From assembly GCA_963779755.1 (NCBI GenBank), contig CAVZZO010000003.1:1632001-1696000 (forward strand): a stretch of DNA of 64,000 bases. Direction: 5' to 3'. The DNA comes from an uncultured Gemmatimonadales bacterium (GTDB taxonomy: Bacteria > Gemmatimonadota > Gemmatimonadetes > Gemmatimonadales > GWC2-71-9). Positions 45,003 to 54,040 of the stretch are shown here, piece by piece. The position numbers and the translations under genes are program-made. The notes under the pieces were generated by a model. The model was not told where the DNA came from. It worked only from the letters and a program-made list of their open reading frames with translations, and did no database searches. Within the stretch, counting starts at the first letter, position 1; each line of letters opens with the position of its first letter.

Positions 45003-46304
45003 CTAGGCGCCGGCCAGCGCCGACTGGCGCCGGCGGGTCGCCAGCCCTTCGAAGAATGCATCCACGCGGTTCTTGAGCTGCGCTTCGGACACCACCCGCC
45101 GGTCCATCATGTCCGACTCGATGAACAGGCTGGGTGCTCCGCTGGCCTCCATCAGGGCGCGGCGGCTGTCCGCCAGCCCGGTGGACACCGTGCGGCAGCT
45201 CTTGATGGGGTGGTACACCACGCCGTCGGCGTGATAGTCGCCCAGCATGTGCAGCAGGATGCGGGTCTGGTGGAACATGCTGTCCATCGCGTCGCGCACC
45301 CCCAGCAGCACGCCTTCGGCCAGGCTGTCGAGCGGGCTGGCCATGTCGTACTGATAGCCCAGGTTGGCGCCCCCGGAGGCGAACCAGAGGTAGGTGGAAT
45401 TGACGAACGTCCCGCCCTGGCCGGAGAAGAACTCCTGGAAGCGGCGGAAGATGGGATAGCAGGGCACGCCGGCGAACAGCAGCCGGAACTGCTCCTCGTT
45501 CAGCGTGCCGATCCCGTGCAGCGCCTTGTACTCCATCTCCTCCACCAGCTGGTCGAAAAACTCCGCGCCCTCCGCGCTGCCCCGGAACCCGTTGGCCACG
45601 CCGAGATAGATGGTGCCCTCCGACAGGGCGTCGAACACGGCCGGGCGGCTGGCGTTCAGCTGCAGCAGGCGCTGCCAGCCCCGGCTCATGGTGTTGGCGT
45701 GTCCCAGCGTCTCGCGCAGCCGGTCGATATCGAACGGCCGGCCGGTGGTACGCTCGCAGAGCGCGATCACCTCGTCCAGCTGCGAGCGGACATAGCGGCG
45801 GTCGTTCTCGAAATCCGGATCGCCCGGGCCCGGCCTGGTCACGGAGGAACGCGAGCCGGGCACGTCGAGCGTGAGCGTGGGGATGTGATACATCCGCTCC
45901 CAGATCTCCGCCCATTTGATGTAGGTGTTGCAGGCGTTGGTGGCGATGGCGAACGCGGGCTTGGGGATCCGGCCCATGGGGTGCGCCCCGCCCCGCAACT
46001 GCAGCGCCACGTCGGCCTTGACGTAGCCGCAGATGTCGGGCGAGTAGCCGTAGTCTTCCGCCTCATTGAGGTACTCGTGCGCGACGTGCCGCACCGCGGT
46101 CTGCAGTGAGTTGATTTCGGGAAATACCGTGGGGATATCGAACGACCGCAGCAGCTCCGCCAGGCTGCCCATCACGAAGACATATGCCGCCGGCGCCTGC
46201 GTCTCCGCCGCCTGCGTCAGCTCCTCGTACCACTTCCGGAAGAGGCGGCCCCCTTCCCGGTTGCCGCGCCCCACCAGGGAATCCCGGCTGTCCGGTCCCG
46301 TCAT
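45003..46304 (-). CDS. bcrB: Benzoyl-CoA reductase subunit B (2-hydroxyacyl-CoA dehydratase family)
   Basis: FPEINSLQ, AEDYGYSPDICGYVKAD, NACNTYIKW, HPIKSC and FIESDMMD..Q.KNRVDAFFE motifs. Confidence 0.85.
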   Translation of the reverse strand: MTGPDSRDSLVGRGNREGGRLFRKWYEELTQAAETQAPAAYVFVMGSLAELLRSFDIPTVFPEINSLQTAVRHVAHEYLNEAEDYGYSPDICGYVKADVALQLRGGAHPMGRIPKPAFAIATNACNTYIKWAEIWERMYHIPTLTLDVPGSRSSVTRPGPGDPDFENDRRYVRSQLDEVIALCERTTGRPFDIDRLRETLGHANTMSRGWQRLLQLNASRPAVFDALSEGTIYLGVANGFRGSAEGAEFFDQLVEEMEYKALHGIGTLNEEQFRLLFAGVPCYPIFRRFQEFFSGQGGTFVNSTYLWFASGGANLGYQYDMASPLDSLAEGVLLGVRDAMDSMFHQTRILLHMLGDYHADGVVYHPIKSCRTVSTGLADSRRALMEASGAPSLFIESDMMDRRVVSEAQLKNRVDAFFEGLATRRRQSALAGA

Positions 46305-46316
46305 GGCGTCGCCCCC

Positions 46317-47501
46317 TTACTCGAAGAGTATGTTCTCGAGGAAGGTCTCCAGCTGGACCTCGAGATGGTCGGTGCTGGACATGTTCTCCTCGAACTCGCT
46401 CACGAAGTACGGAATCCCTTCCCGGTCCAGGGTGCGGGTATACACCACCTGCTCCTCCAGGCCCGGCTCGCACATCTTCGCGGCCGTGATGATGGCGGCG
46501 CCCGCCCCGGCCCCGCGGATCCGGCGCAGCAGCATGTCTTCCTTGGGCTTGCGGGGATCGTGCTGCACCGGGCTGTGGCTGGACTGTTCCAGATAGGCAT
46601 GCGCCAGGTTGGCCAGCGGATCGCCCTCCAGCGGCACGTCGGTCAGCAACCAGCGAAGCCCGATGAGCAGGTCGTCGTCCACCACGTAACAACTCCGTCC
46701 GATCGCCCGGATCAGATCCAGCGGCGGCTGCTCGCAGAAGCCCCCCTCCAGCACCACCCGGATCTTGTCCTGCCGGCGGCGCACGCGGCGGGAGAGCTGC
46801 GGCAGCACCTCGGCGAGCAGGGCATTGTGCTCCTCCCGCGGCAAGACCCCGCCGATCGCCGTGAGGATGTAGGCTTCATCCGCCGACACCTGCCACGGCA
46901 TTTCGCGTTTGAGCACGTAGAGGTCGCGGAGCAGCGAGCGGTTCCGGTTGAAGACGCCAAGCGAGTGGCGCAGGGCCTCGTCGGTCACCGGCCTGCCGGC
47001 CACCGCCTCGATGGTGCGGCGCAGGCGGTCGTACTCGCCGCGCAGCCACCCGGCCGCGGCGGGTGAGTCCGCGTGCTGCGGCAGGTAGAGGATCTCGCAG
47101 GGATAGGAGAAGTTCCGTTCCCAGACGGCGGCCAGGTTGCGCGCCGCATCGCAGATCGGATGGGTCACGAACAGATCCAGCTCCACTCTCGCCGAGAGGG
47201 CCAGCTCCAGGGACGTCTTCACGATCGAGCAGAGATAGGACCCGAACCGCGAATCCGCCTGGGTGGGCTCGATGGGAGCGCCACGCATCTTGAACGGCAG
47301 CATCCCGGCGGCGTGGACGATCTCTTCCGGGAAATAGACCTGGAAATGCCCCACCACCTTGCCGCCGCGCTCCCGCCAGCGGCGCACCGTGGGGAAGGAC
47401 GTATCCTCCAGCAGCTCCCGGCACTGCTGCAGCACGATATTCAGCGGCTGGCCCGACCAGCCCTCGAACAACGGTTCTGACATGACAGGCTCCCGGCTCA
47501 T
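46317..47501 (-). CDS. bcrC: Benzoyl-CoA reductase subunit C
   Basis: VYFPEEIVHAAG, SYLCS, PICDAARNL, GGFCEQPP..LI, VVDDD and KMCEPGL motifs. Confidence 0.85.
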   Translation of the reverse strand: MSREPVMSEPLFEGWSGQPLNIVLQQCRELLEDTSFPTVRRWRERGGKVVGHFQVYFPEEIVHAAGMLPFKMRGAPIEPTQADSRFGSYLCSIVKTSLELALSARVELDLFVTHPICDAARNLAAVWERNFSYPCEILYLPQHADSPAAAGWLRGEYDRLRRTIEAVAGRPVTDEALRHSLGVFNRNRSLLRDLYVLKREMPWQVSADEAYILTAIGGVLPREEHNALLAEVLPQLSRRVRRRQDKIRVVLEGGFCEQPPLDLIRAIGRSCYVVDDDLLIGLRWLLTDVPLEGDPLANLAHAYLEQSSHSPVQHDPRKPKEDMLLRRIRGAGAGAAIITAAKMCEPGLEEQVVYTRTLDREGIPYFVSEFEENMSSTDHLEVQLETFLENILFE

Positions 47502-48262
47502 CGGTGGCTCCAGGCCGGCACGCGCTTCTCCTGAAACGCCTGCAGCCCTTCGACGGCATCGGCCGTGGCCATCAGGGATTCGATATAGATCTGTTGCGCG
47601 CTGCGGAGGGCCGCCGCCCGGCTGCCGGCGCTCCCGGCCAGCAGCGCGCGCCGCGCCAGCCGCACCGCGGCCGCGCTGTGCCGCGCGATCCGCTCCCCCA
47701 GTTCCTCGGCCGCGGGCTCCACGTCGTCGTCCGGCACCACGCGGTAGACCAGCCCGTAGTCACGCGCCTCCGCCGCGCGGATCGGGTCGCCCGTCAGAAT
47801 GATGGAGGCCGCCACGGCATGGCCACAGCGTTCCGGCAGGAGCGCGCAGGCCGCCGGCGGAAAGACGCCCAGGGCAATTTCGGGATGGCCGAACACCGCG
47901 CTTTCACCGGCGATGACCAGGTCCGCCGCCTGCACCAGCTCGAAGCCGCCGCCCAGACACTTGCCCCGGACCGCCGCGATCACCGGCAACGGCCCGTCGG
48001 CCAGCGCCGATACGGTGCGGACGAACTCGGGGATCATGGTCTCGTATTCCGGCGGCAGATGCTCGCCCACGTCGGCGCCCGCCGAGAAGTGCCGGCCTTC
48101 TGCGGTCAACAGAATGACCCGCAGGTCCGCGGTCGCGACCAGCCGGTCCACCGCCTTCTGCAGCGCGACCAGCGTGTTGCGCGTCAGGATGTTGAGCGGA
48201 GGGGTGGCGAGAATGATCCGGCCGATGCCGTTGGCCGCCCGTACATGAATACCGCCGTTCAT
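47498..48262 (-). CDS. dch: Enoyl-CoA hydratase, probable cyclohexa-1,5-diene-1-carbonyl-CoA hydratase
   Basis: PPLNIL, HFSAGADVGEH, CLGGGFEL, PEIALGVFPPAA and LMAT.DAVEGL.AF.EKR motifs. Confidence 0.85.
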   Translation of the reverse strand: MNGGIHVRAANGIGRIILATPPLNILTRNTLVALQKAVDRLVATADLRVILLTAEGRHFSAGADVGEHLPPEYETMIPEFVRTVSALADGPLPVIAAVRGKCLGGGFELVQAADLVIAGESAVFGHPEIALGVFPPAACALLPERCGHAVAASIILTGDPIRAAEARDYGLVYRVVPDDDVEPAAEELGERIARHSAAAVRLARRALLAGSAGSRAAALRSAQQIYIESLMATADAVEGLQAFQEKRVPAWSHR

Positions 48263-48972
48263 CAGGCCACCTCCCCCAGAAGCTGGCCGCCATCCACCGG
48301 GATCACGGCGCCGGTGATGAATCCGCCGCCCTCCCCGCAGAGGAAACGCGTCACCCGGCCGATGTCCTCCGGCCGGCCCATCCGGCCCAGCGGAGTGCGG
48401 GCCACGGCGCGCTGCCGCAGATCCTCCGGCATCGCCCGGGTCATGTCGGTATCGATGAAGCCGGGAGCGATGACGTTGACCGTGACGCCGTCGCGCGCAA
48501 GCTCCAGCGCCAGCGATCGGGCCAGCCCGATCAGCCCGGCCTTGGAGGCGGCATAGTTGGTCTGGCCCAGCCGTCCGCGGATCCCGTTGATGGACCCGAG
48601 CAGCACCACCCGCCCCATGGGTGAGCGGCGCAGAAGCGGCAAGGCCGCCCGGACGGCGAGAAAGGCGCCGGTCAGGTTGACGTCGAGCACCGCGCGCCAG
48701 TCGGCCTCTTCCATCTTCCAGCTCACCCGGTCGCGGGTAATCCCGGCAGCGCAGACCAGCCAGTCGAGTGCCTGCCGTTCCTCCTCCACCCGCCCCACGG
48801 CGCGGCGGAGGTCGTCCAGGCTGGTGACATCCCCCTCGAGCGTGAGCGAGGCGGGCGAGGCGGCGGGAAATGCCCGGTCCACCGCGGCCACCCAGGCATC
48901 CTCCGCCAGGGCCTCCGCGATGGCGTGGCCGATGCCGCGCCCCGCGCCGGTTACGAGAGCGGTGCGCCGCAT
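48262..48972 (-). CDS. SDR family oxidoreductase (FabG/BzdZ-like)
   Basis: Start ATG 48972. TGAGRGIG, AGITRD, NYAASKAG and PGFIDTDM motifs. Confidence 0.9.
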   Translation of the reverse strand: MRRTALVTGAGRGIGHAIAEALAEDAWVAAVDRAFPAASPASLTLEGDVTSLDDLRRAVGRVEEERQALDWLVCAAGITRDRVSWKMEEADWRAVLDVNLTGAFLAVRAALPLLRRSPMGRVVLLGSINGIRGRLGQTNYAASKAGLIGLARSLALELARDGVTVNVIAPGFIDTDMTRAMPEDLRQRAVARTPLGRMGRPEDIGRVTRFLCGEGGGFITGAVIPVDGGQLLGEVA

Positions 48973-50015
48973 GCGCCGCAATACCGGTGCTGAGCCGGGA
49001 GGTTGCCGGCCCCGCAGGCGCCGCAGACCCCGAGCGGCGGCCCCCACTCGGTCTCCGAGCTCAGGCCCTCCGCGGCCCGCTGCCGCAGCAGGTCGTAACG
49101 GGGCGGCCGCTTTTCCACGAACGCCCGCATCCCTTCCACCGGCTCCCAGGAGGCGTAGTGCAGGGCCAGCCAGTCCTGCGCATGCCGCACGGTGGAGTGC
49201 CACGCCAGATCCTTCCAGAAATTCACCTGCTGCTTGGTGTACCGGGTGCACTCCGGGAAGGAGGCGAGCAGCCGGGCGGCGAGATCCTCCACGAAGGCAT
49301 CGAGCTTCGACAGATCGAGCGCGTAGCCGTCCTCGCCCTTCTGGGCCTTGCGGATCTGGCCGGCATCGGCGCCCTCGACCCACTCGCCGTTGTGCCGCAC
49401 CGAGGGCACCACCCAGTTCACCAGGCCCCAGTCCAGTGCCTGTCGCGCGGTGACGGGCTCGTTGAGCATCAGGATCTGGCGGGCCCGCTTGTCGCCCGCC
49501 ACGATCGGCAGCCACTGGGTCGACCCGCCGCAGGCGACCGAGCCCACATGGGTGCCCACCTGCTTGATGATCGCGTGCTCCGCCATCACCGTCAGGTCGC
49601 AGGCCAGCTGGCTCTCGTTGCCGCCGCCCACGGCCATGCCGTTGAGCCGGGCCACCACCGGCTTGCCGGTGTTGAGAATGCTCTCGATATAGGCGCGGAA
49701 CAGCGCCATGTATTTCCAGTAGTCGCGCGGAACGGCCACGTACTCCGCGGCGTACTCCTTCACGTCGCCGCCGGTACAGAAGGCCCGGTCACCGGCTCCG
49801 GTGAGCACGATGACCCCCACGGCGTCGTCGAAGCTGGCGTCGCGGAACGCGGCCGCCAGCTCTTCCAGCGCGCGGGTGGAGTAGGCGTTGTAATTCTGGG
49901 GCCGGTTGATGGTGATCCGCGCCACGCCGCCGGCCTTGGCGTAGAGCACCTCTTCGAAGCCAAAGGTGTCGGCGCCGCGGGGCGCGAAATGCCGGGTCAT
50001 GACGGGGGCGTGCAT
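48951..50015 (-). CDS. oah: 6-oxocyclohex-1-ene-1-carbonyl-CoA hydrolase (Oah/BamA/BzdY-like) with C-terminal zinc ribbon
   Basis: NRP..YNAY, AFCTGG.VKEYA.EY, NGMAVGGG.E..LACD, HVGS..GGST, FPECT..TK..N.WK motifs; ends CGACG..CGACG. Confidence 0.85.
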   Translation of the reverse strand: MHAPVMTRHFAPRGADTFGFEEVLYAKAGGVARITINRPQNYNAYSTRALEELAAAFRDASFDDAVGVIVLTGAGDRAFCTGGDVKEYAAEYVAVPRDYWKYMALFRAYIESILNTGKPVVARLNGMAVGGGNESQLACDLTVMAEHAIIKQVGTHVGSVACGGSTQWLPIVAGDKRARQILMLNEPVTARQALDWGLVNWVVPSVRHNGEWVEGADAGQIRKAQKGEDGYALDLSKLDAFVEDLAARLLASFPECTRYTKQQVNFWKDLAWHSTVRHAQDWLALHYASWEPVEGMRAFVEKRPPRYDLLRQRAAEGLSSETEWGPPLGVCGACGAGNLPAQHRYCGACGAPLS

Positions 50016-50623
50016 GTCAGTCCTCCCACCAGGTGGTCGGCGAAGACGGTGCCGAGCTCGGCCCCCTGGATGGTGCCTGCGGGTTGATACCAGCGGGCGA
50101 TCCAGTTGATGGCGCCCAGGATCACGAAGACGGCCACTTTGGGGTCCACGGCGCGAAACTCCCCCGCGCGGACGCCCCCGGCAATGATGGCCCGGAGACC
50201 GCGCTCGTAGCGGTCCCGGGCGGCGATGACCTGCCGCTGCCGCGCCTCGCCCAGCGCGGTGACCTCAAAGGCCAGGGGCGACCCCTCCAGCGTTTCGGTC
50301 ATCACCCGGACGTGCTCGCGGATGACGTGCCGCAGGCGGCCCGTGCCGGTCCGGTGCGCCCGCCGGGCCTCCCGCAGATGCCCGCTCACCTGGGCCAGCG
50401 AAACGCGGTGGCACTCGAAGAGGATCGCTTCCTTGTCGGGGAAGTAGTGGTAAAGCGCCTGCTTGCGCACACCGAGGTAGCGGGCGATGTCCTCCAGCGT
50501 GGTGGCGTGATAGCCCTTATCGCGGAAAGCTGTCAGCGCGGCACGCAGGATCTCCGCCCGGCGGCGTTGCCGCTTGCGGAGCACGTGAGGAGAGGAGCCA
50601 CTGGCCGATACGCGCCGGGCCAT
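49997..50623 (-). CDS. TetR/AcrR family regulator
   Basis: ILRAA..F..KGYHATTLEDIA..LGV.KQALYHYF..KE and GAINWIARWY motifs. Confidence 0.93.
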   Translation of the reverse strand: MARRVSASGSSPHVLRKRQRRRAEILRAALTAFRDKGYHATTLEDIARYLGVRKQALYHYFPDKEAILFECHRVSLAQVSGHLREARRAHRTGTGRLRHVIREHVRVMTETLEGSPLAFEVTALGEARQRQVIAARDRYERGLRAIIAGGVRAGEFRAVDPKVAVFVILGAINWIARWYQPAGTIQGAELGTVFADHLVGGLTCTPPS

Positions 50624-50654
50624 GACGGGCCTATTCCGGAAGAAAGAAGTCGGG

Positions 50655-50700
50655 TTTTACCACCCATTAGAATTCTTACCCACGGTTAAAAATTGGCAAG
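50655..50700 (-). promoter_or_regulatory. AT-rich putative promoter/operator of the tetR-bcr operon
   Basis: Minus strand TTGCCA-N16-AAGAAT, with imperfect palindromes such as TTAACCGTGGGTAA overlapping it. Confidence 0.45.
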
Positions 50701-50721
50701 CCGGAGATTCTCCCACAGAGA

Positions 50722-50806
50722 AGACGGCAGGACGGCAGGACGGCAAGACGGCAAGACGGCAAGACGGCAGGACGGCAAGACGGCGGCACTCGCCGTCCTG
50801 CCGTCC
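50722..50806. repeat. (GACGGCAR)n octamer array with a short inverted partner
   Basis: gacggcaggacggcaggacggcaagacggcaagacggcaagacggcaggacggcaagacggc...gccgtcctgccgtcc. Confidence 0.9.
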
Positions 50807-50970
50807 TCACCGTGACTGTCGTCACTTCACCGATTTGTCCGCTGGGCCACTTTGTTGAGTCTTCGGCCTCCGCCGGGCTCCGGCGGGATTCCGGCCGGCC
50901 CACACCGCCCGGGCGATGCAGCTCGACGGGGCGGCCCAGAAGCAGAGGGACAACACCGGGAGGGACAGGT

Positions 50971-52434
50971 ATGAAATGGAAGGCGCTACCGCTCGCCGCC
51001 GCGCTGGCGACGCTGCTCGCCCCCGCGGCAGCAGCCCAGCGGGCCGGCAGCCTGGAGATCGGCGCGTTCGGCACCTGGCATAAATTCGACAAGAGCGTGC
51101 AGTTCAAGAACCACATCGGGGCCGGGGGGCTGGTGGGCCTGTTCGTGGCCCGGAATGTCTCCATCGAGGCCGATGCCTCGTACACCAAGACCCAGTTCAG
51201 CGTGAACCCCCGTAGCGATGTCACCTACGTCCCCATCCGGGGTCGGGTGGTCGCCCATGTGCCGCTGGGCAGCATGTCCAGCGTCAACCTGGGCGCCGGC
51301 TATGTGCGCGCCCGGTACGGCAAGGCTCTGAGCGTGGACGACAACGGCGCCACCGGCCTCATCGGGTTCCGCCTGGGGAGCAGCAATATCGCCGCCCGGG
51401 TCGACGGCATCATCGATTACATCCCCTCGCCCTACAACGAGCTCGACGGGTTCGTCAGCCGGAACATCCACTACAGCGTGCGTGCCGGCCTGAGTTTCCT
51501 CATCGGCAAGCAGGGGCCGCGCGACAGCGACCGGGACGGCGTCCCCAACGACCTCGACCGCTGCCCCGATACGCCCATCGGCACGGCGGTGGATGCCTCC
51601 GGCTGCGCCCTGCCCAAGGACGCCGATCACGACGGCGTGATGGACGATGTGGACCGCTGCGCCAACACGCCTGCCGGGGCCAAGGTGGACGAAAACGGCT
51701 GCCAGGTAAAGGACAGCGACCACGACGGCGTGATGGACTCGGTCGACAAGTGTGCGGGCACGCCCAGCGGGACCAAAGTGGACGCCGTGGGCTGCCCCGT
51801 GAAAGTGGACAGCGACGGCGACGGTGTCGTGGATGCGCAGGACAAGTGCGAGGATACGCCTGCCGGCACCAAGGTCGACGCGACCGGCTGCCCCATCGAC
51901 AGCGACAAGGACGGCGTGGTTGACGCCGCCGATCGCTGCCCCGACACACCGCCGGGCGCCAAGGTGGACGGCTCCGGCTGCCCCATCACGGATTCGGACG
52001 GCGACGGTATCGCCGACAGCAACGACAAGTGTCCGGGCACGCCCGCCGGCATGCTGGTCGGGCCCAATGGATGCCTGGTACTGTTCGCCGAAAACAAGGA
52101 AAGCGTGGTGTTGCAGGGGGTGACCTTCCAGACCGGCAGCTCGCGCCTCAGCATCGACGCGCGCAAGGTGCTGGATTTCGTGGCCCAGTCGCTCAAGGCC
52201 AATCCCGACATCAGCGTCGAGGTGCAGGGGTATACCGATTCGCAGGGATCGAATGCGGTGAACCAGCGGCTCTCCCAGGCCCGCGCGCAGTCGGTCCGGG
52301 CCTACCTGATCCAGAAAGGCGTGAGTGCCGGCCGGCTCACCGCCCGCGGCTACGGCGAGAGCAATCCCATCGCCGATAACTCGACCGCCCAGGGCCGGGA
52401 ACAGAACCGGCGCGTCGAACTGAAAAAGCAGTAG
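50971..52434 (+). CDS. OmpA family protein: beta-barrel, thrombospondin type 3 Ca-binding repeats and OmpA C-terminal domain
   Basis: Start ATG 50971 after GGGAGG. Six DxDxDGVxDxxDxCPxTPxGxxVDxxGC repeats; GYTDS.G..N..LS..RA..V and NRRVE motifs. Confidence 0.93.
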   Translation: MKWKALPLAAALATLLAPAAAAQRAGSLEIGAFGTWHKFDKSVQFKNHIGAGGLVGLFVARNVSIEADASYTKTQFSVNPRSDVTYVPIRGRVVAHVPLGSMSSVNLGAGYVRARYGKALSVDDNGATGLIGFRLGSSNIAARVDGIIDYIPSPYNELDGFVSRNIHYSVRAGLSFLIGKQGPRDSDRDGVPNDLDRCPDTPIGTAVDASGCALPKDADHDGVMDDVDRCANTPAGAKVDENGCQVKDSDHDGVMDSVDKCAGTPSGTKVDAVGCPVKVDSDGDGVVDAQDKCEDTPAGTKVDATGCPIDSDKDGVVDAADRCPDTPPGAKVDGSGCPITDSDGDGIADSNDKCPGTPAGMLVGPNGCLVLFAENKESVVLQGVTFQTGSSRLSIDARKVLDFVAQSLKANPDISVEVQGYTDSQGSNAVNQRLSQARAQSVRAYLIQKGVSAGRLTARGYGESNPIADNSTAQGREQNRRVELKKQ

Positions 52435-52458
52435 CCGGAAGAAGCAGGGACCAACGGG

Positions 52459-52490
52459 AAAGGGGAGGAACCATGTTCCTCCCCTTTTCT
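52459..52490 (+). terminator. Putative intrinsic terminator between the convergent ompA and eamA genes
   Basis: AAAGGGGAGGAAC-CAT-GTTCCTCCCCTTT followed by TCT. Confidence 0.7.
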
Positions 52491-52524
52491 CGTGGCTCTT
52501 CCCGGCCTTGCTCTGCGTGAGGAA

Positions 52525-53463
52525 CTAGACCGCCCGCCTTGGTCCAGCCGCCGCCGGGCGCGGTGTGCCCCGGGTAATCAGAAGCACCGAGGCCACAATC
52601 GCGAGCGTGGCGAACGCGGTACGCAGCGAGAGGCTCTCCCCCGCCAGCAGCCAACCCAGCAGCACCGCCACCACCGGATTGACATAGGCGTAGGTGGACA
52701 CCTGCGTGGGCGGCGCCACCCGCAGAAGCCAGAGATAAGCCGTAAAACCGATCAGGGCGCCGAAGACGATGAGATAGAGCAGCGCGAGCGCCGACCTGGG
52801 CGTAATCGCGGCTAGATCCAGCCCCCGCCCCTCACCCAGCAGGAGCCCGGCCAGCACCAGCGCGGCGCCGCCGGCCAGCATCTCCATCCCGGTGGACAGG
52901 AGCGGGGAGGACGGGAGCCGTGCCGCGCGCGAGTACAGAGAGCCGATGGCCCAGGACAGACTCGCCAGCACCAGCATGACGGCGCCGAGGGCATCCACCC
53001 GCTCGCCCAGGCCCAGGCTGGCTGGGCTCACCAGCACCACCAGGCCGGCCAGGCCGAGCGCAAGCCCGGTCATCACCCGCAGGGTCGGGCGCCCACCGCC
53101 GGGCCGGAGCCATTGCAGCACGACCATCCACACCGGCACCACCGCCACGAGTACTGCCGCCAGCCCCGAGGGCACGCGCTGCTCGGCCAGCACCACACCG
53201 CCGTTGCCGCCCAGCAGGAGCAGGGCACCGATGACCGCCGCCGCCGCCCAGTGATGCCGGTCCGGCCCGGGGGCGCCGCGCAGGCGCGACCAGGCGTAGA
53301 GAATCAGCCCCGAGACGGTAAACCGGACGCCGGCCATGAACAGCGGCGGCATGGTCTCGATCGCGAACCGGATGGCGAGATAGGTGGAGCCCCAGATGAG
53401 GTACACCGCCGCAAAGGCGAGGACCACCTTCCAGCGGGGCGGCGTCAACGTTTCAGGTGTCAC
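52525..53463 (-). CDS. EamA/DMT family exporter (YedA-like)
   Basis: VYLIWGSTYLAI, GGNG.V..AEQ.VPSG and STYAYVNPVVAV motifs. Confidence 0.93.
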   Translation of the reverse strand: MTPETLTPPRWKVVLAFAAVYLIWGSTYLAIRFAIETMPPLFMAGVRFTVSGLILYAWSRLRGAPGPDRHHWAAAAVIGALLLLGGNGGVVLAEQRVPSGLAAVLVAVVPVWMVVLQWLRPGGGRPTLRVMTGLALGLAGLVVLVSPASLGLGERVDALGAVMLVLASLSWAIGSLYSRAARLPSSPLLSTGMEMLAGGAALVLAGLLLGEGRGLDLAAITPRSALALLYLIVFGALIGFTAYLWLLRVAPPTQVSTYAYVNPVVAVLLGWLLAGESLSLRTAFATLAIVASVLLITRGTPRPAAAGPRRAV

Positions 53464-53923
53464 GGCCCGTCTCGAGCGGGGGAAGCTGCATGGTTTCCTT
53501 GATGCTGTTCAGCACGACGGTCGTACGAGTGGACCGTACGGTTGGAATGGCGCCGAAACGGTCCTGCAGCAGTGTGCCCAGGGCGGACGTATCCCGGGTT
53601 CGCACCTTCACCAGGAAACAGTCCTCCCCTGCCACGTGGTGCACCTCGAGCACCTCGGGGATGGCCACCAGGGCGGCGCTCGTCTCCGAGGCGCCCGGGC
53701 TGTCCTCCGCCCGCACGAACACGAACGCCAGGAGCCCCATCCCCACCTCCGCAGGGTCCACCCGGGTCTCATAGCCCTGGATCACGCCGCGCGCCTCGAG
53801 CTTCCGCACCCGCTCCAGCACCGCCGAGGGGGCCATCCCGATTTCCCGGGCAACCTCAGCGTTCGACACCCTGGCATTAGACCGCATAATATTCAGTATA
53901 AACCGATCAATATCGTCTATCAT
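53453..53923 (-). CDS. Lrp/AsnC family regulator
   Basis: DDIDRFIL..NARVSNAEVA..GMAPSAVLERVRKLE..GVI.GY and HHVAGEDC motifs. Confidence 0.95.
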   Translation of the reverse strand: MIDDIDRFILNIMRSNARVSNAEVAREIGMAPSAVLERVRKLEARGVIQGYETRVDPAEVGMGLLAFVFVRAEDSPGASETSAALVAIPEVLEVHHVAGEDCFLVKVRTRDTSALGTLLQDRFGAIPTVRSTRTTVVLNSIKETMQLPPLETGRDT

Positions 53924-53929
53924 GCGGAT

Positions 53930-53958
53930 ATATTACTATTATTTAGAATATTGGTCAA
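53930..53958 (-). promoter_or_regulatory. Sigma70 promoter giving a leaderless lrp transcript
   Basis: Minus strand TTGACC-N17-TAATAT-N6-ATG. Confidence 0.8.
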
Positions 53959-54040
53959 ACCCCAGCGCCGACTCCCAGCCCAGGCATTCGGGGTTTCGGT
54001 TCGGGATGCCAGAGCCGCCCGGATGCGTTACCATTGACCC

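Noticed and set aside
51520..52075. Internal DNA repeats in ompA as a novel repeat system
   Set aside because: They are explained by ordinary thrombospondin type 3 protein repeats.
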